Assembly: GCF_001194135.2 (NCBI RefSeq)
Contig: NC_068997.1
Coordinates: 41,278,556-41,327,906 of the forward strand
Direction of reading: 5' to 3'
Length of the DNA stretch: 49,351 nucleotides
DNA from: Octopus bimaculoides
Taxonomy: Eukaryota
A program made the translations under genes and the position numbers. This document shows positions 25,395-37,651 of the stretch, piece after piece. Position 1 is the stretch's first letter. Every line of letters begins with the position of its first letter. The notes beneath the pieces are model-generated. The model had not been told where the DNA came from. It worked only from the letters and a program-made list of their open reading frames with translations, and ran no database searches.

Positions 25395-26600
25395 CTCAGG
25401 CCTATTCCCCATTTTTTTAGGAGTGGGTACCACAACAAGACACACATCAAGTATTCAATTTATTTCTCAGCTCGAAGGGGCGAGCCCCGTTCTATGCTCG
25501 GGTCAAGACATAGAATGCAACCCCGAATATCAGCAGTGGGGCCCGACAGCATATGCTGGTTTACCCCCGCTTCATCATGCTGGTTCCATACCCCTTTGAG
25601 CAGCATCAAAATTCACTCACCCATCCACAAACACTCTCCAAGCTTTCCTATCATTTATAAGCTCTCTTGCCTCTCTCACTCCAACACCTCTAACTACCAA
25701 AGCTTTCCTCATTCCATCCATCTATGCTCGCAAACTAAGATCTGCCTCTGGTTCTGCTGCCTACCACTTCAGCCTTCATCACCCTCCTTATAATCCACTC
25801 CTCATCCATCTTCTCCTTGTGGCCAAACCACCTCAATCTTCGTCTATCCAATTTGGTTGTTATTTTTTCCTCTCATTCCTGCTCGTCTTCGTACCTCCTC
25901 ATTCCTCATCCTGCCCATCTGTATCACATCAGCCATAGCCCTCAGACATCTCATCTGAAACACATCTAGTCGCCTCCTTTCCTCCCCTCTCAACTCTCAC
26001 GTCTCTGTACCATATAACATTGTCGGCACAATCACGCCTTCATACACACCTCTTTTCACTTTCATACCCAACAATTTATCTCTCAGCATACCTTTCACAA
26101 CTCCACAAGTATCTTACTCCCATCCCTCTCTCTATATTCCACTTCCTCAGCAACCCCATTCGCCATTACATGTGACCCCAGATACTTAAAACATTCACCT
26201 CTAACATCTCACCGTTTATACTAACATCCATCATACCAGCCATTTCCTCTCTCGAATATCTCATCACCATACTCTTAGCTACATTCACTTTCAGTTTCCC
26301 CTCTCACATTCTCTTCCAAACTCTACTACTGGTCTCTGCAGTTGCTCTTCCGAATCCGCCACCAGTGCTGTATCATCAGAAAACAACTGACTCACCTGCC
26401 ATTTCTCTCCATTTTCTCCCACCATTTGGGCTCCCCTACCAAGGGTTCTAGCATTTATCTCTCTCACCCCACAGTTATTTCATCTCCTACCGCAACACAC
26501 GCCCTACTTTCTCTATAAAAATTCTGAACAGCTCTCAACAATCTACCATCTACTCCATACAACCACAACACCTGCCTCATTGCATCCCTATCTACTCGGT
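25395..26600 (-). mobile_element. 5'-truncated RTE-clade LINE with (TATG)n tail
   Basis: Minus-strand GRLLRAVQNFY, QLLFSDDTALVADSEEQLQ, VIVPTMLYGTET, RRRLDVFQMRCLR, RLRWFGH, DRKAWRVFV; tandem TATG tail near 25350-25395. Confidence 0.85.
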
Positions 26601-26699
26601 CATATACCTATATACGTATGCATGCATGTATGTATGTATGTATGTATGTATGTGTGTATGTATGCACGTGGGGGTTTCTCTTGTGTGTCCTAATAATGT

Positions 26700-27100
26700 A
26701 GGCAAGGTCAATCACGTATTCTCTGCCCATCAAATGCTTAGTAGTATCTGTATGGTCTCTCTTTTGGATGGAGAAAGAAGTGGCAATAGCAGTTTATACA
26801 ATAGCGTGATAAATAATTTTTTGCTTAAATCCTATTTACCGATCCATTGCTTGATTAATTCTTGAGTTAAACTGGGCATTTTAATCTAGTCTGGTTCTAG
26901 ACTTTGTGTGTTGCCCGGTTCTGTGATATTTTTAAAGAAATACACTTTGCTGGTAACTTTCATGTCATGTCTTCAGTTTGAGAATGCTTGGATATTGTGA
27001 TGTGCTACTTCCTATCTCAGCATCCCATATATTGAGGCTACTTTCTCGTAGTATCTCCCAACCGAGGTCTATAAGGCCCTTGGGGGATCCATATAAATTT
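26700..27100 (-). mobile_element. Possible highly decayed L2/CR1/I-group LINE fragment
   Basis: Frameshifted remnants resembling LVRPRLEY..SIWD and ..DLSKK..TLLYKLL; weak. Confidence 0.3.
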
Positions 27101-28224
27101 TTTCGTTAAAATTTATCTGTGACAAATTGGTTATACTTCTACAATGCACAAAATACTTTAAGAATTATTTCTATAGAATACTTTACATTATTTAATTGTA
27201 AAAATATAATAGGATTTTTTAAACATCGAATGGTTATGAGGATCCATTCAGGTGGAATAAGAATCAAAGAGTTCATAGGAAACACTGTTATAGAGGGTTC
27301 GGAAACATTCTAAAAGATTATGTGTGCTACTCTACCTCCTCTGTTTTAACCATAAAAATATTCAGAGTTAGGTAATTAGAACCATCAGGAAACATGATAA
27401 CTATAAATACTCTAGTCTACGTTGATGAAGAACCCGTGAATAGAGTACGACTTATATGACTAATAAAACTAGTTTCTGATTTTCTGTTGATAATTAGAAA
27501 GGAATTGATATCTGTGTGATAAATCAAGCGACGTATGTTGTGTATGTGATACGATATTGATCTCTGTAATTGATAGTTTTCTCAGTAAGTAAATCCACTT
27601 TGTTTAATGAGTTAAAACAGTGTGTGTGTATGTGTGTAACACTTTATGGTAATGATATGTAGATTTTTATCAATTATCACATCGGGATACTCATTTATCA
27701 AGAATACAGAAAATAATTTGTTTTCTCACTCAACATCAGTTCGGTAATTTTGATCCTATTTACATCATGTCAAGTGAAATGTAACATCTTGCAATATCAT
27801 TTATCATTTTAGTTATATATTTTGTTTTTAAATGAACTTAAAATGTTGCTGAACGTAGTGAATCAAGTACCATATATTGGTAAAGACAAGAAACGTCTAG
27901 AAACGGGTAAAATGTTTCTACCCCGAAGTTGTCTCTTTTTGAATGAACCAAATTAAATTAAACGATGCTAGCGGATGATTTCGGAGACATTCGTGAAATA
28001 TACAATGCTTGCTGGGGCGAGCAGAAATGTAGGTTCTTTCTGATTTTGCTTAACAAGTAGGTTTCTAGTCGTGTGTGGGTAGGTTAACTCTTACTATATC
28101 TTATTCCATTTTCATAATTTTATCATGTTTAAATTATTCTGTAGTTTATATTTTTCTATTCATTCAGCTTTTAATTTTATTAAATCTTAATCAGTCAATC
28201 GCCTAACGTCTACAAACTGATAAA

Positions 28225-28455
28225 ATGATTGAACAACTGTCGTCCATCAATCGTGCGACGTGGACAACCTATCTATTTTTGTTCTCCTTGATGGTTCTCA
28301 TGATGTTATTGACTTCGCGTGCTGTAGAATCCAGGCGATGGTTTTCGTGTTCCGTAATATGACGGCACGCATGATTCGTTCCATTTTCCGTTGGACTAAA
28401 GTGAGGACGTTCATGATGGTAGTGCTGAAAGCCTATGTTTCACTGCCGTAAATAG
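28225..28455 (-). mobile_element. RTE-clade LINE fragment (family different from 25395-26600)
   Basis: IYGSET*AFSTT..VQRKMERIM..AWI..VNNIMRTIKENK..HVARLMDD matches the RTE post-RT region. Confidence 0.7.
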
Positions 28456-28489
28456 TCCTCCCCTCGTCTTTATGTATTGTATACCCCAT

Positions 28490-28750
28490 GCGTTGATACA
28501 CTCGTGCTGCGTTGAAACGTACTGTTGTATAAGTGTATGGGCAGATATGGATCTCACCACTTCAGCCAATCTCTTGGCTGCGTCTTTACTCACGAAAAAC
28601 AGGTAGACAGTACCGTACATTTTACCTCGTTCAATAGACAATATTCTGTCCCATACATGTCCAGTGCCACTTTCATTTCAGTTTTACTGGGCTCTTCCTC
28701 TTTTCGCCAGGCATACATACACTGCTTTCTCCTTTACCATTCAGTGTATT
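28490..28750 (-). repeat. Unclassified ~270 bp repeat, inverted partner of 29700-29960
   Basis: tgtataagtgtatgggcagatatggatctca..gtagacagtaccgtacattttacctcgttc aligns with the reverse complement of 29700-29960. Confidence 0.85.
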
Positions 28751-28979
28751 TTATGCATTGTATTTTATATACATCTTTGACCCTTTCTGGTTAATAAAAG
28801 AAACATTAATATTGATGTTAGTGTTGATTTTCTTCCTTAGTAAGCCATCTTTATATTGCTCTGGCTCAAGAATTTCATTCTGTCGACGTCCGCAAAGCTT
28901 GGATTAAAATTTGTCTCTTATCACGTCTAATTATTCTTCAACGAGATGAGAGTCTTTAATTATCCATTTTGTGTTGTAC

Positions 28980-29371
28980 TTATCTTTCATCCTTCAATTG
29001 TTTCAGTCATTTGACTGCGGCCATACTGGATCGTTTTAGTCAAACAAATCAACTCCAATACTTTTTCTTTAAGTCGTAGTTATTTTGTCGGTCTCTTATG
29101 TCGCGGTGGTGGGACACAAACACACACACACACACACTCACACACACACGTACGCACGCACATACACATACACACATAGACACACATACACAAATATATA
29201 TTTGGTATATAACGGGCTTTCAGTTTTCATCTACCAAATCCTCTCAGTAGACTTTGGTTAGCCTGGGGCTATAGCAAAACAAAAACTTACGTAATTTGTC
29301 ACATTTGTGATCGAACCCGGAACCATGCTGTTGGGATGCAAATTTCCTTCCACAAAACCACGCCTGCGCCA
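28980..29371 (-). mobile_element. SINE family B, near complete
   Basis: Tail gtttcagtcatttgactgcggccat, internal (CA)n, head gaacccggaaccatgctgttggg. Confidence 0.8.
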
Positions 29372-29699
29372 TACTTGAAAATATTTTCACCGACATTCAG
29401 TATAAAACGTTGATCAGTCACGCCCCATCAACGAACAAAGAGACATTTTCGTAGACAGCAAATAAAAATCTAAATTTTTTTATAAATCGAAATACGAACG
29501 TCTAAGACAATGACTTGTCTGATGTTTCTGACATAATTAAATGTTTGTTGGAAGCCTTGCGTTACAATTACAGAGGCACCAATAGCAGCACAGTTTTCAA
29601 CACACGTGTTCGCAAATGTCGCGTCAAATGCAAAGGCTCTGGACTTGAATAGCTCTCCTATAGAAGACAAGTTTCGCGGTCCCCAAGATTTTCTCTCTG

Positions 29700-29960
29700 A
29701 ATAGCAAATGAAAAAGTAATGTACGTATGCCTCGCGAAAATAGCAAGGGTCTTTTCTGAGCCTAGTAAAAATGAAATGAAAGTGGCTCTAGCCAATATAT
29801 GGGATTGGATTTTGTTTATCGAACGAGGTAAAATGTACGATACTGTCTACTTGTTTTCCGTGAGTAAAAATGAAGCGAAGAGACAGGCTGAAGGGATGAG
29901 ATCCGTATCTGCCCATACACTTATACGACAGTACATGTGTCAACGCAACACAAGTGTAAC
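29700..29960 (+). repeat. Unclassified ~270 bp repeat, inverted partner of 28490-28750
   Basis: Inverted alignment with 28490-28750; parallel ORF text IERGKMY.TVYLF.VSK in both copies. Confidence 0.85.
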
Positions 29961-30224
29961 ATTTAGGGGTACAACAGAAAAGTGTGAGAAGGAGCACAAT
30001 CCCCGAAATATATTCGTGTGGTAGGCATTGCCTGGATATACAAATAAACGAGCAAGAAATAGGGTTTGGGTGTAAGAAACATATTACATAGAAATCCTAA
30101 TAAAAGTAGTAGCCTTTATTAACAGAGTTTCCTGAAGAAGTGCGTTGCTTATTATATCAACCCATTCCCCAAAAATGTTAACTGGCGCTTGTGTTTAAAG
30201 TTTGTGTTGTCTTAATTATGGCAT

Positions 30225-30608
30225 CTCTTATCTTTTACTTGTTTCAGCAATTAGACTGCGGTCATGCTGGGGCACCGCCTTGAGGAATTTTTAATGGAAG
30301 GAATCGACCTCATATTTATTTTGTTAAGCTTGGCACTTATTCTATCAGTTTCTTTTGCTGAAGCGCTAAGTTACAGGGACGTAAACACACTAAGACCGGT
30401 TGTCAAGCGATGATGAGGGACAAACACATACGAACACACACGAACACATGTGCACACACATACGACGAGCTTCTTTGAAATTCACTCACAAGGCTTCGAT
30501 CGGCCCGGGGACATAGTTGAAGACACTCACTCAAAGTGTCACAGAGTTTACTTCCCATCATGTTGTTGGGAAACAAACTTCTTACAGCAAAATCCACGCC
30601 TGCAGCCT
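30225..30608 (-). mobile_element. SINE family B, near complete
   Basis: Same tail, core and head as 28980-29371. Confidence 0.8.
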
Positions 30609-30844
30609 ATGGTTGTGTTTTAATTATTATGTATAATAATCGAAGGATTATTATGTATAATAATCGAAGGATTACTATGTATAATAATCGTTCGAGCGTC
30701 AGACAGTACCTTGGGGATATTTCTTTCAGCGCTTTATATATGTATTCGATTAATCCCATATTCTTAAATTTCAGGTCTCGTACCAATGATAGTTACAGTA
30801 AGAGCGTTAGATTGACAGAATCTTTAGTGAGTTGGAAAAATACT

Positions 30845-30955
30845 TTGCGGTATTTGTTCTACGTCTTTACCCTCTGAGTTCCGAAATCAACTTTACTTTT
30901 CATCCTTTTGGGGTCGATAAAAGAAAGTACCAGTTAAATACTGGGGTTGATAATT
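30845..30955 (+). mobile_element. SINE family A partial
   Basis: caactttacttttcatccttttggggtcgataaaagaaagtaccagt. Confidence 0.7.
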
Positions 30956-31130
30956 TTGAATAACTGCATCCAAATTCCAGAGCTGATCTCTTGTAGCTAT
31001 CTTTTGTTTTGATGCTATGATTTTCAATCTGCTCTTCAGATTGTTTCTAATTCTACGCATCTAATGAAGACATCAATCAGACCGTGGCGGGACAACAATT
31101 AATTGACTACGGGCTACCCATCTTGAGGCG

Positions 31131-31462
31131 CACCGCTGGATTAACTATTAAGCAAAATAAGCACGTGCTTAGGACATCACGGGAAGCGGAGGCACCACAG
31201 AAATAGTAAATAGTTTATGGCACAAAACAAATCACATTAAAGTTGCTAAAATAATATTCGAAGTGGTTTATATGATCGGAGATATAATTTCAAAGTGTTC
31301 ATAGCGAGGATCTGATCAAAGACTTAGCAATTAAAGAAAAAGGAGAACACTTTTCAAATATAAATAAAGTGGAACTATACAAAAATAGACATTATTTTCC
31401 ATCTTACTGTTAGTTTTTTTTTTTCATTTAAAAAAATAAAAATTTATTTTATGGCTATTGTT

Positions 31463-31508
<46 letters not shown>

Positions 31509-31563
31509 GGGAACCAAAATCTTTAAAATGCTTAGGGCCTTTATGGGTCTTAATCCGACCCTA
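31131..31563. mobile_element. Possible hAT-like MITE with internal (TA)n
   Basis: Ends caccgctggattaa / ttaatccgacccta form a decayed inverted pair, with subterminal gcttagg motifs; TSD not found. Confidence 0.4.
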
Positions 31564-32596
31564 GTCAAGTGGAATCCCAAACCGCCCACCCGCTGCTGTC
31601 AAGAGGAATCCGTAGCGTTACGCTGTACTCGAATCTAACGACATCTTACAGGAAAATGCTCTTTTCATGCTGTATCGACGTTCCAAGTAAAGCTGGAGCG
31701 TCCTTACAAGATTGTTCCTGCAACTGAGAGCGTATATGGGCAAAGCAATAGCTACAAAAACGAGACGATAAGTAAAAACAAACTGTCTTTGGGGTTCCGA
31801 CTCCGGACATAGAGTGACGTTTATTTTTGAAGTTCTGTCGGTGACTGGATATGGCCGCAAGGCTGACGAATTCTAACTACTCGAAGCACATGAAATTTCA
31901 TGGAAGTGAATTGCTAAATGTCACAACACGCCACTCCGGTTCAGATATCGAACCCACAAACTTAGGATCCTGAAACAAATACAACCACGAAACTATCTAG
32001 TATCATGTATAATGCACACGCAGTAAAGCACTCGTACGCACGCACAAACACACACACAAACACACACACAAACACACACATACAGGCTTACAGGCATTCA
32101 GGTATACGTACATAAGTTCATATACGCATACGTATATAAAGATCAGAGAAATTCATAATTAGAAAGAATCCTGTGTTAAGAACACAAAATAGAGCAGCAA
32201 CAAAAAATGACTAGATATAAAATTATTACATGTTTTCTTTGAAATTGGCCAATGTGTTACACCTTTCACATATTCTGAGGAAAGTAATTGAGTAACTTAA
32301 AAACAAACGGCGTTACATAATATGAGATAGGCTAAAATATAAACTCTAAAAATAATGAATCAATCATGTAGGAAATCTTATCAATAAAAGCCTGGCATGA
32401 AAGAGCGGGTGTTCGAAAACAGGTGATGTTCAAAGATAGAGATAAAAAGATGGGAGAAATTATCAGATAGAAAGGACGTTTTCATAGATAAGATAGTCTT
32501 CCTTCCTTTATTCTTTCTTTATTTTTTAATTTCGGCTATCTCATATCATACAACGTTTTTTATAACTCTATATATATATATATATATACAATATAT

Positions 32597-33501
32597 TTTG
32601 CGTCATCCCATAAATAATGCGGTTTTTTCAATCGCATGAACTAAAAGTTGGAGAAAGATGGGCCAGACTACCTACATCAACTTGCTATAAGACCAGGTAG
32701 TAATTTTACCTTGTGCTTATTCTTAGTGCAAATTTTGAAGAGTGCAGTTCGATTTAAACAGTTATTTTTTCAAAGTTATGACGGAAGTGACAAAAGAGCA
32801 TATTTGGCTTATTTTGCTTTATGAGTTTAATAAAGGCAACAACGGAATGGCTTATTTTACTTTATTTGTTCAATAAAGGCGATAACGGAGTGCGAGGAAT
32901 ATTAATGCAGTATACGGGGATCGGACAATAAGAGTAAGCCAGAGTCAACAGTGGTTCCAGTAATTCCGAGCCGGAAACTACAGCCTAGAAGACGATCCCT
33001 GTCCTGGAAGATCTGTAGACGTCGATGAGGACATCCTGCAAACCCTGGTGGAACAAAATCCCATCATAACTAGCAGAGAAGCTTGGATTTGGTCATTCAA
33101 CCAGTCATTCAAGCCAGCGCTAGAAGAAAAACGACCATTTTTGGTTTCAAGACAAGGGATGTTCTTCCACCAGGATACAGTGAGTATGACATTCCAAAGC
33201 CTGCAGCAGTTTGAGTGAGAAACGATGCACCATCCATCATATTCGCCGGACATTGCCCTATCTGATTAACACTTATTCCGCAGTTTTCGAAATCATTTGG
33301 ATGGGAAAATATGAATTCTGTAGACAAGGTCAGAACAGTATTGGAGGAGTATTTTTTTGTCACGGACAAGTGAATTTTGGAAGAGGGACCTTGCAGATAG
33401 ATGGAAGAGCATTGTAGAAAATGAAGGAGAGTATATTTTAGATTAAAGAAAGAACTTTATCTTAATTTTGAAAAATAAACGACGTATAAAAAAAAACGCA
33501 T
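32597..33501 (+). mobile_element. Internally deleted mariner transposon, right TIR cut by gap 33502-33873
   Basis: Left TIR ttgcgtcatcccataaataatgcggttttt after (TA)n; EVTKEHI..LLYEFNKGNN, GNYSLEDDPCPGRS, HHPSYSPDIALSD; right end aaaaaaacgcat matches the inner TIR. Confidence 0.85.
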
Positions 33502-34825
33502 NNNNNNNNNNNNNNNNNNNNNNNNNNNNNNNNNNNNNNNNNNNNNNNNNNNNNNNNNNNNNNNNNNNNNNNNNNNNNNNNNNNNNNNNNNNNNNNNNNN
33601 NNNNNNNNNNNNNNNNNNNNNNNNNNNNNNNNNNNNNNNNNNNNNNNNNNNNNNNNNNNNNNNNNNNNNNNNNNNNNNNNNNNNNNNNNNNNNNNNNNNN
33701 NNNNNNNNNNNNNNNNNNNNNNNNNNNNNNNNNNNNNNNNNNNNNNNNNNNNNNNNNNNNNNNNNNNNNNNNNNNNNNNNNNNNNNNNNNNNNNNNNNNN
33801 NNNNNNNNNNNNNNNNNNNNNNNNNNNNNNNNNNNNNNNNNNNNNNNNNNNNNNNNNNNNNNNNNNNNNNNNNTTTAACGCTCGGGAATAGAGAAAGTCT
33901 TTAACGTTTCGAGCTACGCTCTTCAACAGAAAGAATAAGGAGAAAAACAAGGAGAAAAACAAGGAGAAAAACACGGAGAAAAAAAATTTGAATGTTGTGG
34001 TCAGCGATCTATCATATATATATATATATATATATATAATACAAAATGGGACAAGAACTCAAAACATCCAGACAGTTAGGTGATACAAAAATGGGACAAA
34101 ATAAACATCCAGATAGACGATACAAAGAAAACAAAGATGGGTCATTCGGAGTTTTCTTTCCTCAGTCGAGTACCAGATTACCTTCGCAATTTCCGCTGAT
34201 TATACTCTAGATAGCTCGTGTGTGTATGTGGCATATTGATGGAGCCAATAGAGCATCGGATAACTGCGTCAAGAATATATTTGCCTTTCATCTTCCGAAG
34301 TCGATAACAAAATGTACCAATCCAAAGAGGCAGATAAGTGGAACTGAAGGGGCTGCTTTGCAGTATCACCTCCAGCCCTTAGCGTTCTGAGTAAGCGTTC
34401 TAAAATGGTTGAACAACTTGCCAGAAGTAGCAACTGAATCACTCTTAAATCACACTTTGCTGTCTTAAACAGCACAAAACATACTGTGTAATTTAGCCCT
34501 AGGTATACTATGTCTGAAAATCAAATTAGATAGTTACGTCTATGTCTTTGATCGTAGGTCGACTAGATCAGGGCAGATCTCGAGTAAACAGCAACTTCCA
34601 TTACTATTTGTTTATAAAAATGTGTTTGTCTTGTTGGCAAAACATGAAATGAAGGGCGCTAGTTCCGATTTTCACCCCATCAAACACTTGCACTTTTCAT
34701 TTAAACGATTTCGTGTTTTGCTCTTCGACTTTAACTTATCTTTGATCTTTCACATAAATATTTCAAAGTCTAAATATTTAAAAGTTGTTTCACTATTTTG
34801 TTTACTTCGACATTTAAGAAAAATA

Positions 34826-35389
34826 CAGGGGTAGGCAAAAGTAGGTATACAGTTGCTTAATACGAATTGAATGTTCTTTTAATTTCTCTGTTACTTTTAT
34901 TAAACCTAAGCCATTCATAAGTCGACAAAGGGTTCATTGGAAGCCCTTTCCTTTTTAATTTCTGGGGACTTTCAGTGAATGTTTGAGCCACAAGCATTTC
35001 ATTTTCTCCAGTGGTGACACTATCAGGTGGATCCTTTTTCTGTGAATTGCAAATGAACCCAGTCTCCTCAAATTTGTCACGTATTCTGTAAACTGTTAAT
35101 CTTGACAGAGCTGGTCTTTGAAATTCTTCAATCCATTTCTGTCTAACCATTTCTGCATTTTCTATTTTCCAGTACTTCATCTTTCGTCAAATTTCCAGGC
35201 ATACACTGTTTGAAATTAGGAATAACTTTTTGAAATTATTCGAAATTAGGAATAATTATTTTATTACAGAAAGAATTAATTAAAAAGAATATAGAATGAT
35301 AAAATTCTTCTCCTAAAATAGAAATAGATAAATGAAAAGAACATTTCACTCATATTTAGCAATTGTACACCTACTTTTGCCCAGCCCTG
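34826..35389 (-). mobile_element. 564 bp Tc1-superfamily deletion derivative with both TIRs and a transposase N-terminal remnant
   Basis: TA-caggggtaggcaaaagtaggtatacagttgct..agcaattgtacacctacttttgcccagccctg-TA; ORF 34857-35180 (LSRLTVYRIRDKFEETG..SVTTGENEMLVAQTFTESPQK) resembles DUF4817-type HTH N-termini. Confidence 0.85.
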
Positions 35390-36134
35390 TATTTAAGAAA
35401 AAAATAGCGTTGGTCAGACAGCAAAGCTATACTCATCACTTCGTTATTCCGTTTTGTTTTCCAGACATCTAGGGCTGCATTATTCAATACGTAATTTCGT
35501 TTTTATGATGGTAGCATGTAATTTGGCTGCCGTTTCTAACAGGTTGCCTGACCACGCAGAAGCTCTGCAAGCTGTTATAAGTTGATATAAAGAGAAAATA
35601 TAAAAAGCGCCAAAAGCAAAACAAAAAAGAAAAGAAATTAAAAAGCAGAAATGTAAAAATGCGAACTTGTTAGACGTCAAACGAAAGGTGAATCTTTTAT
35701 GTGAGATGTGAATCTGGACGAAGTCCAAATAAAGTTCAAATATTCTTTTCCTAGAACAGAGATATTCATCGACAAAAACACTCTCTCTCTCTCCTTCTCT
35801 CTGCTTCTCTCTCCCTCTCTCTCTTTACTAAATGTGCTACAAATATTACGAAGCAATAAAAACTAACTTACATCCAGTGGTAGTAAATAATGCTTCCTAC
35901 ATTCACAGACACGTCTGACTCAGTCGTTTCTCAATAAATAATAATTTCTCAGGTTGATGCACAGTAATAAAGTTGTGATTGGACAACGACCGATTACGTC
36001 ATCGCCAGCATCCGACTGTTACATGTCGACCCGAGAAAGATACAATACGGATTCGACCTCGGTGGGATTTGAAATCTGGACCAAATTATAGCGTTTAGTC
36101 AACTGAATTTACTACACCAGGTACGTTTTTATAA

Positions 36135-36416
36135 CGACCTCATCACCAACATGTGACCACGTGCTCGACCAGGCTATCAGATATTGTTACACATCGCTGG
36201 TCACAATGCGCTTTTGCACTGATTTAGCCTTCAAATGACGCCACTCTGCTGGCTCGGCGAGCAGGCCTACAATCCCCACTGATCGAAGGAGGACTGGAGC
36301 AATAAGAAATGAAGGGTTTTGCACAAGAACTCAACACGGCGCCTAATCAGGAAATCGAACCCAAGATCAAACGATCGTGAGTGCAACAGCTTAAACACTA
36401 AGCCACGCGCCTTCAC
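36135..36416 (-). mobile_element. tRNA-derived SINE sharing the family-C head but with a different 3' body
   Basis: Head (minus) gtgaaggcgcgtggcttagtgtttaag..cacgatcg..gttcgatttcc matches the start of 37990; the body differs. Confidence 0.7.
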
Positions 36417-36556
36417 AGGGGTAAAAAGCAAACTTGACCTCAGAGGGATTAGAACTTAAAACTTAAAGACAAGTAACTAAAAGCCAAAAGGTATTGTGTT
36501 CTCTCTTATGTACATTCTGTTATATGCTTCCTGTTAGTAATAAAAAAACAGTAATT

Positions 36557-36722
36557 TATTGCAAAGGCACAAGGCCAGACATTTTGTGGGAGAGTGTTTA
36601 TCGCTGATATTGACGCCATTATTTGACTGGTACTAATTTTATTTACCCCAAAAGGTTTAAATGCGAAAATGAGCGTGATGGAATTTGAACCAACGTTCTG
36701 ATGATTCTGCCAGTTCCCCGAT
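36557..36722 (-). mobile_element. SINE family A with internal deletion
   Basis: ggcacaaggcca..gactggtact..accccaaaagg..gaatttgaacc..gattctgccagtt. Confidence 0.7.
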
Positions 36723-36723
36723 C

Positions 36724-36780
<57 letters not shown>

Positions 36781-36960
36781 GCACATGGAACAAATAGGGG
36801 CTGCAACAAGCGTGGAGCACTTGCAGAAAACAGCACTGCTTGAAACCGCTCGAATACTCCGGATGGTGCTCGAAAAATAAGGGATGTTACCTCAGTTCAC
36901 TGGTAGTGAACAGCTGACATCATGGTACATCTCCAGCGTTAGAAGCTGTGCAAAGGCAAT
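36781..36960 (+). mobile_element. Severely 5'-truncated R4/Dong-like copy between (AAT)n arrays
   Basis: KHMEQIGAATSVEHLQKTALLETARILRMVLEK* (stop 36878-36880) is the conserved C-terminus; flanked by (AAT)n 36725-36780 and an AAT-rich run 36960-36983. Confidence 0.8.
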
Positions 36961-36983
36961 AAAATGACAATAATTATAATAAT

Positions 36984-37391
36984 CCTTTCTACTACAGGCA
37001 CAAGACCTCGAATTTGGGGGAGGGAGATAGTCGATTACATCGACACCAGTACTCGACTGGTACTTAATCTATTGACCCCGAAAGGCTGAAAGGCAAAGTC
37101 GACCTCGATAGAATTTAAACTGAGAACGGAGCGACGGTCGAAATATCGCTAAGCATTTTGTCCAGCGTGCTAACGATTCTGCCAGCTCGTCGCGTTTAAA
37201 TAATCGTTTCTACTATAGGCACAAATTCTGAAATTTGGGGGCTGATTACGTCTACCTGAATGTTCAACTGGTACTTATTTTATCGACCCCAAAAAGATGA
37301 AAGGTAAAGTCGACCTCTGCGAAATTTGAACTCAGAGTAAAGACGGATGAAATACTGCGAAGCATTTCACCCGGCGTGCTAATGTGCTGCC
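36984..37391 (-). mobile_element. Two tandem near-complete SINE family A copies (36984-37196, 37205-37391)
   Basis: Each runs from c(c/g)tttctacta(c/t)aggcacaa through the central domain to the tRNA head, separated by taaataat. Confidence 0.85.
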
Positions 37392-37640
37392 GAATATCAC
37401 AGATTTGCTCGTCAGTTGCTGATACGTCCCTTGGTAACAAACGATATGTGCATCTCTGATCACGAACGGTAGTGGGTGGGCATCATAGCCCTGTGTTGAG
37501 AGGGATTCTTTCGGATTTGAAGCATGGGTGTTTCGATCATCATCCTTAAACAAACCTTTTTCAGGGTCCTTTTAAGCGGGATGGTCTACTCGGTTTGAAG
37601 AAAATTCTAACTGGACTTCAGCGTCAAGGTCATGCACTTA
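37390..37640. repeat. Unclassified interspersed repeat (same family as 2063-2215)
   Basis: Shared blocks listed under 2063-2215. Confidence 0.7.
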
Positions 37641-37651
37641 GTAAGCTGCCT

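Noticed and set aside
10647-30692. 21-24 bp direct repeats as a CRISPR-like array
   Set aside because: Units are contiguous with no spacers, the context is eukaryotic and there are no cas genes.
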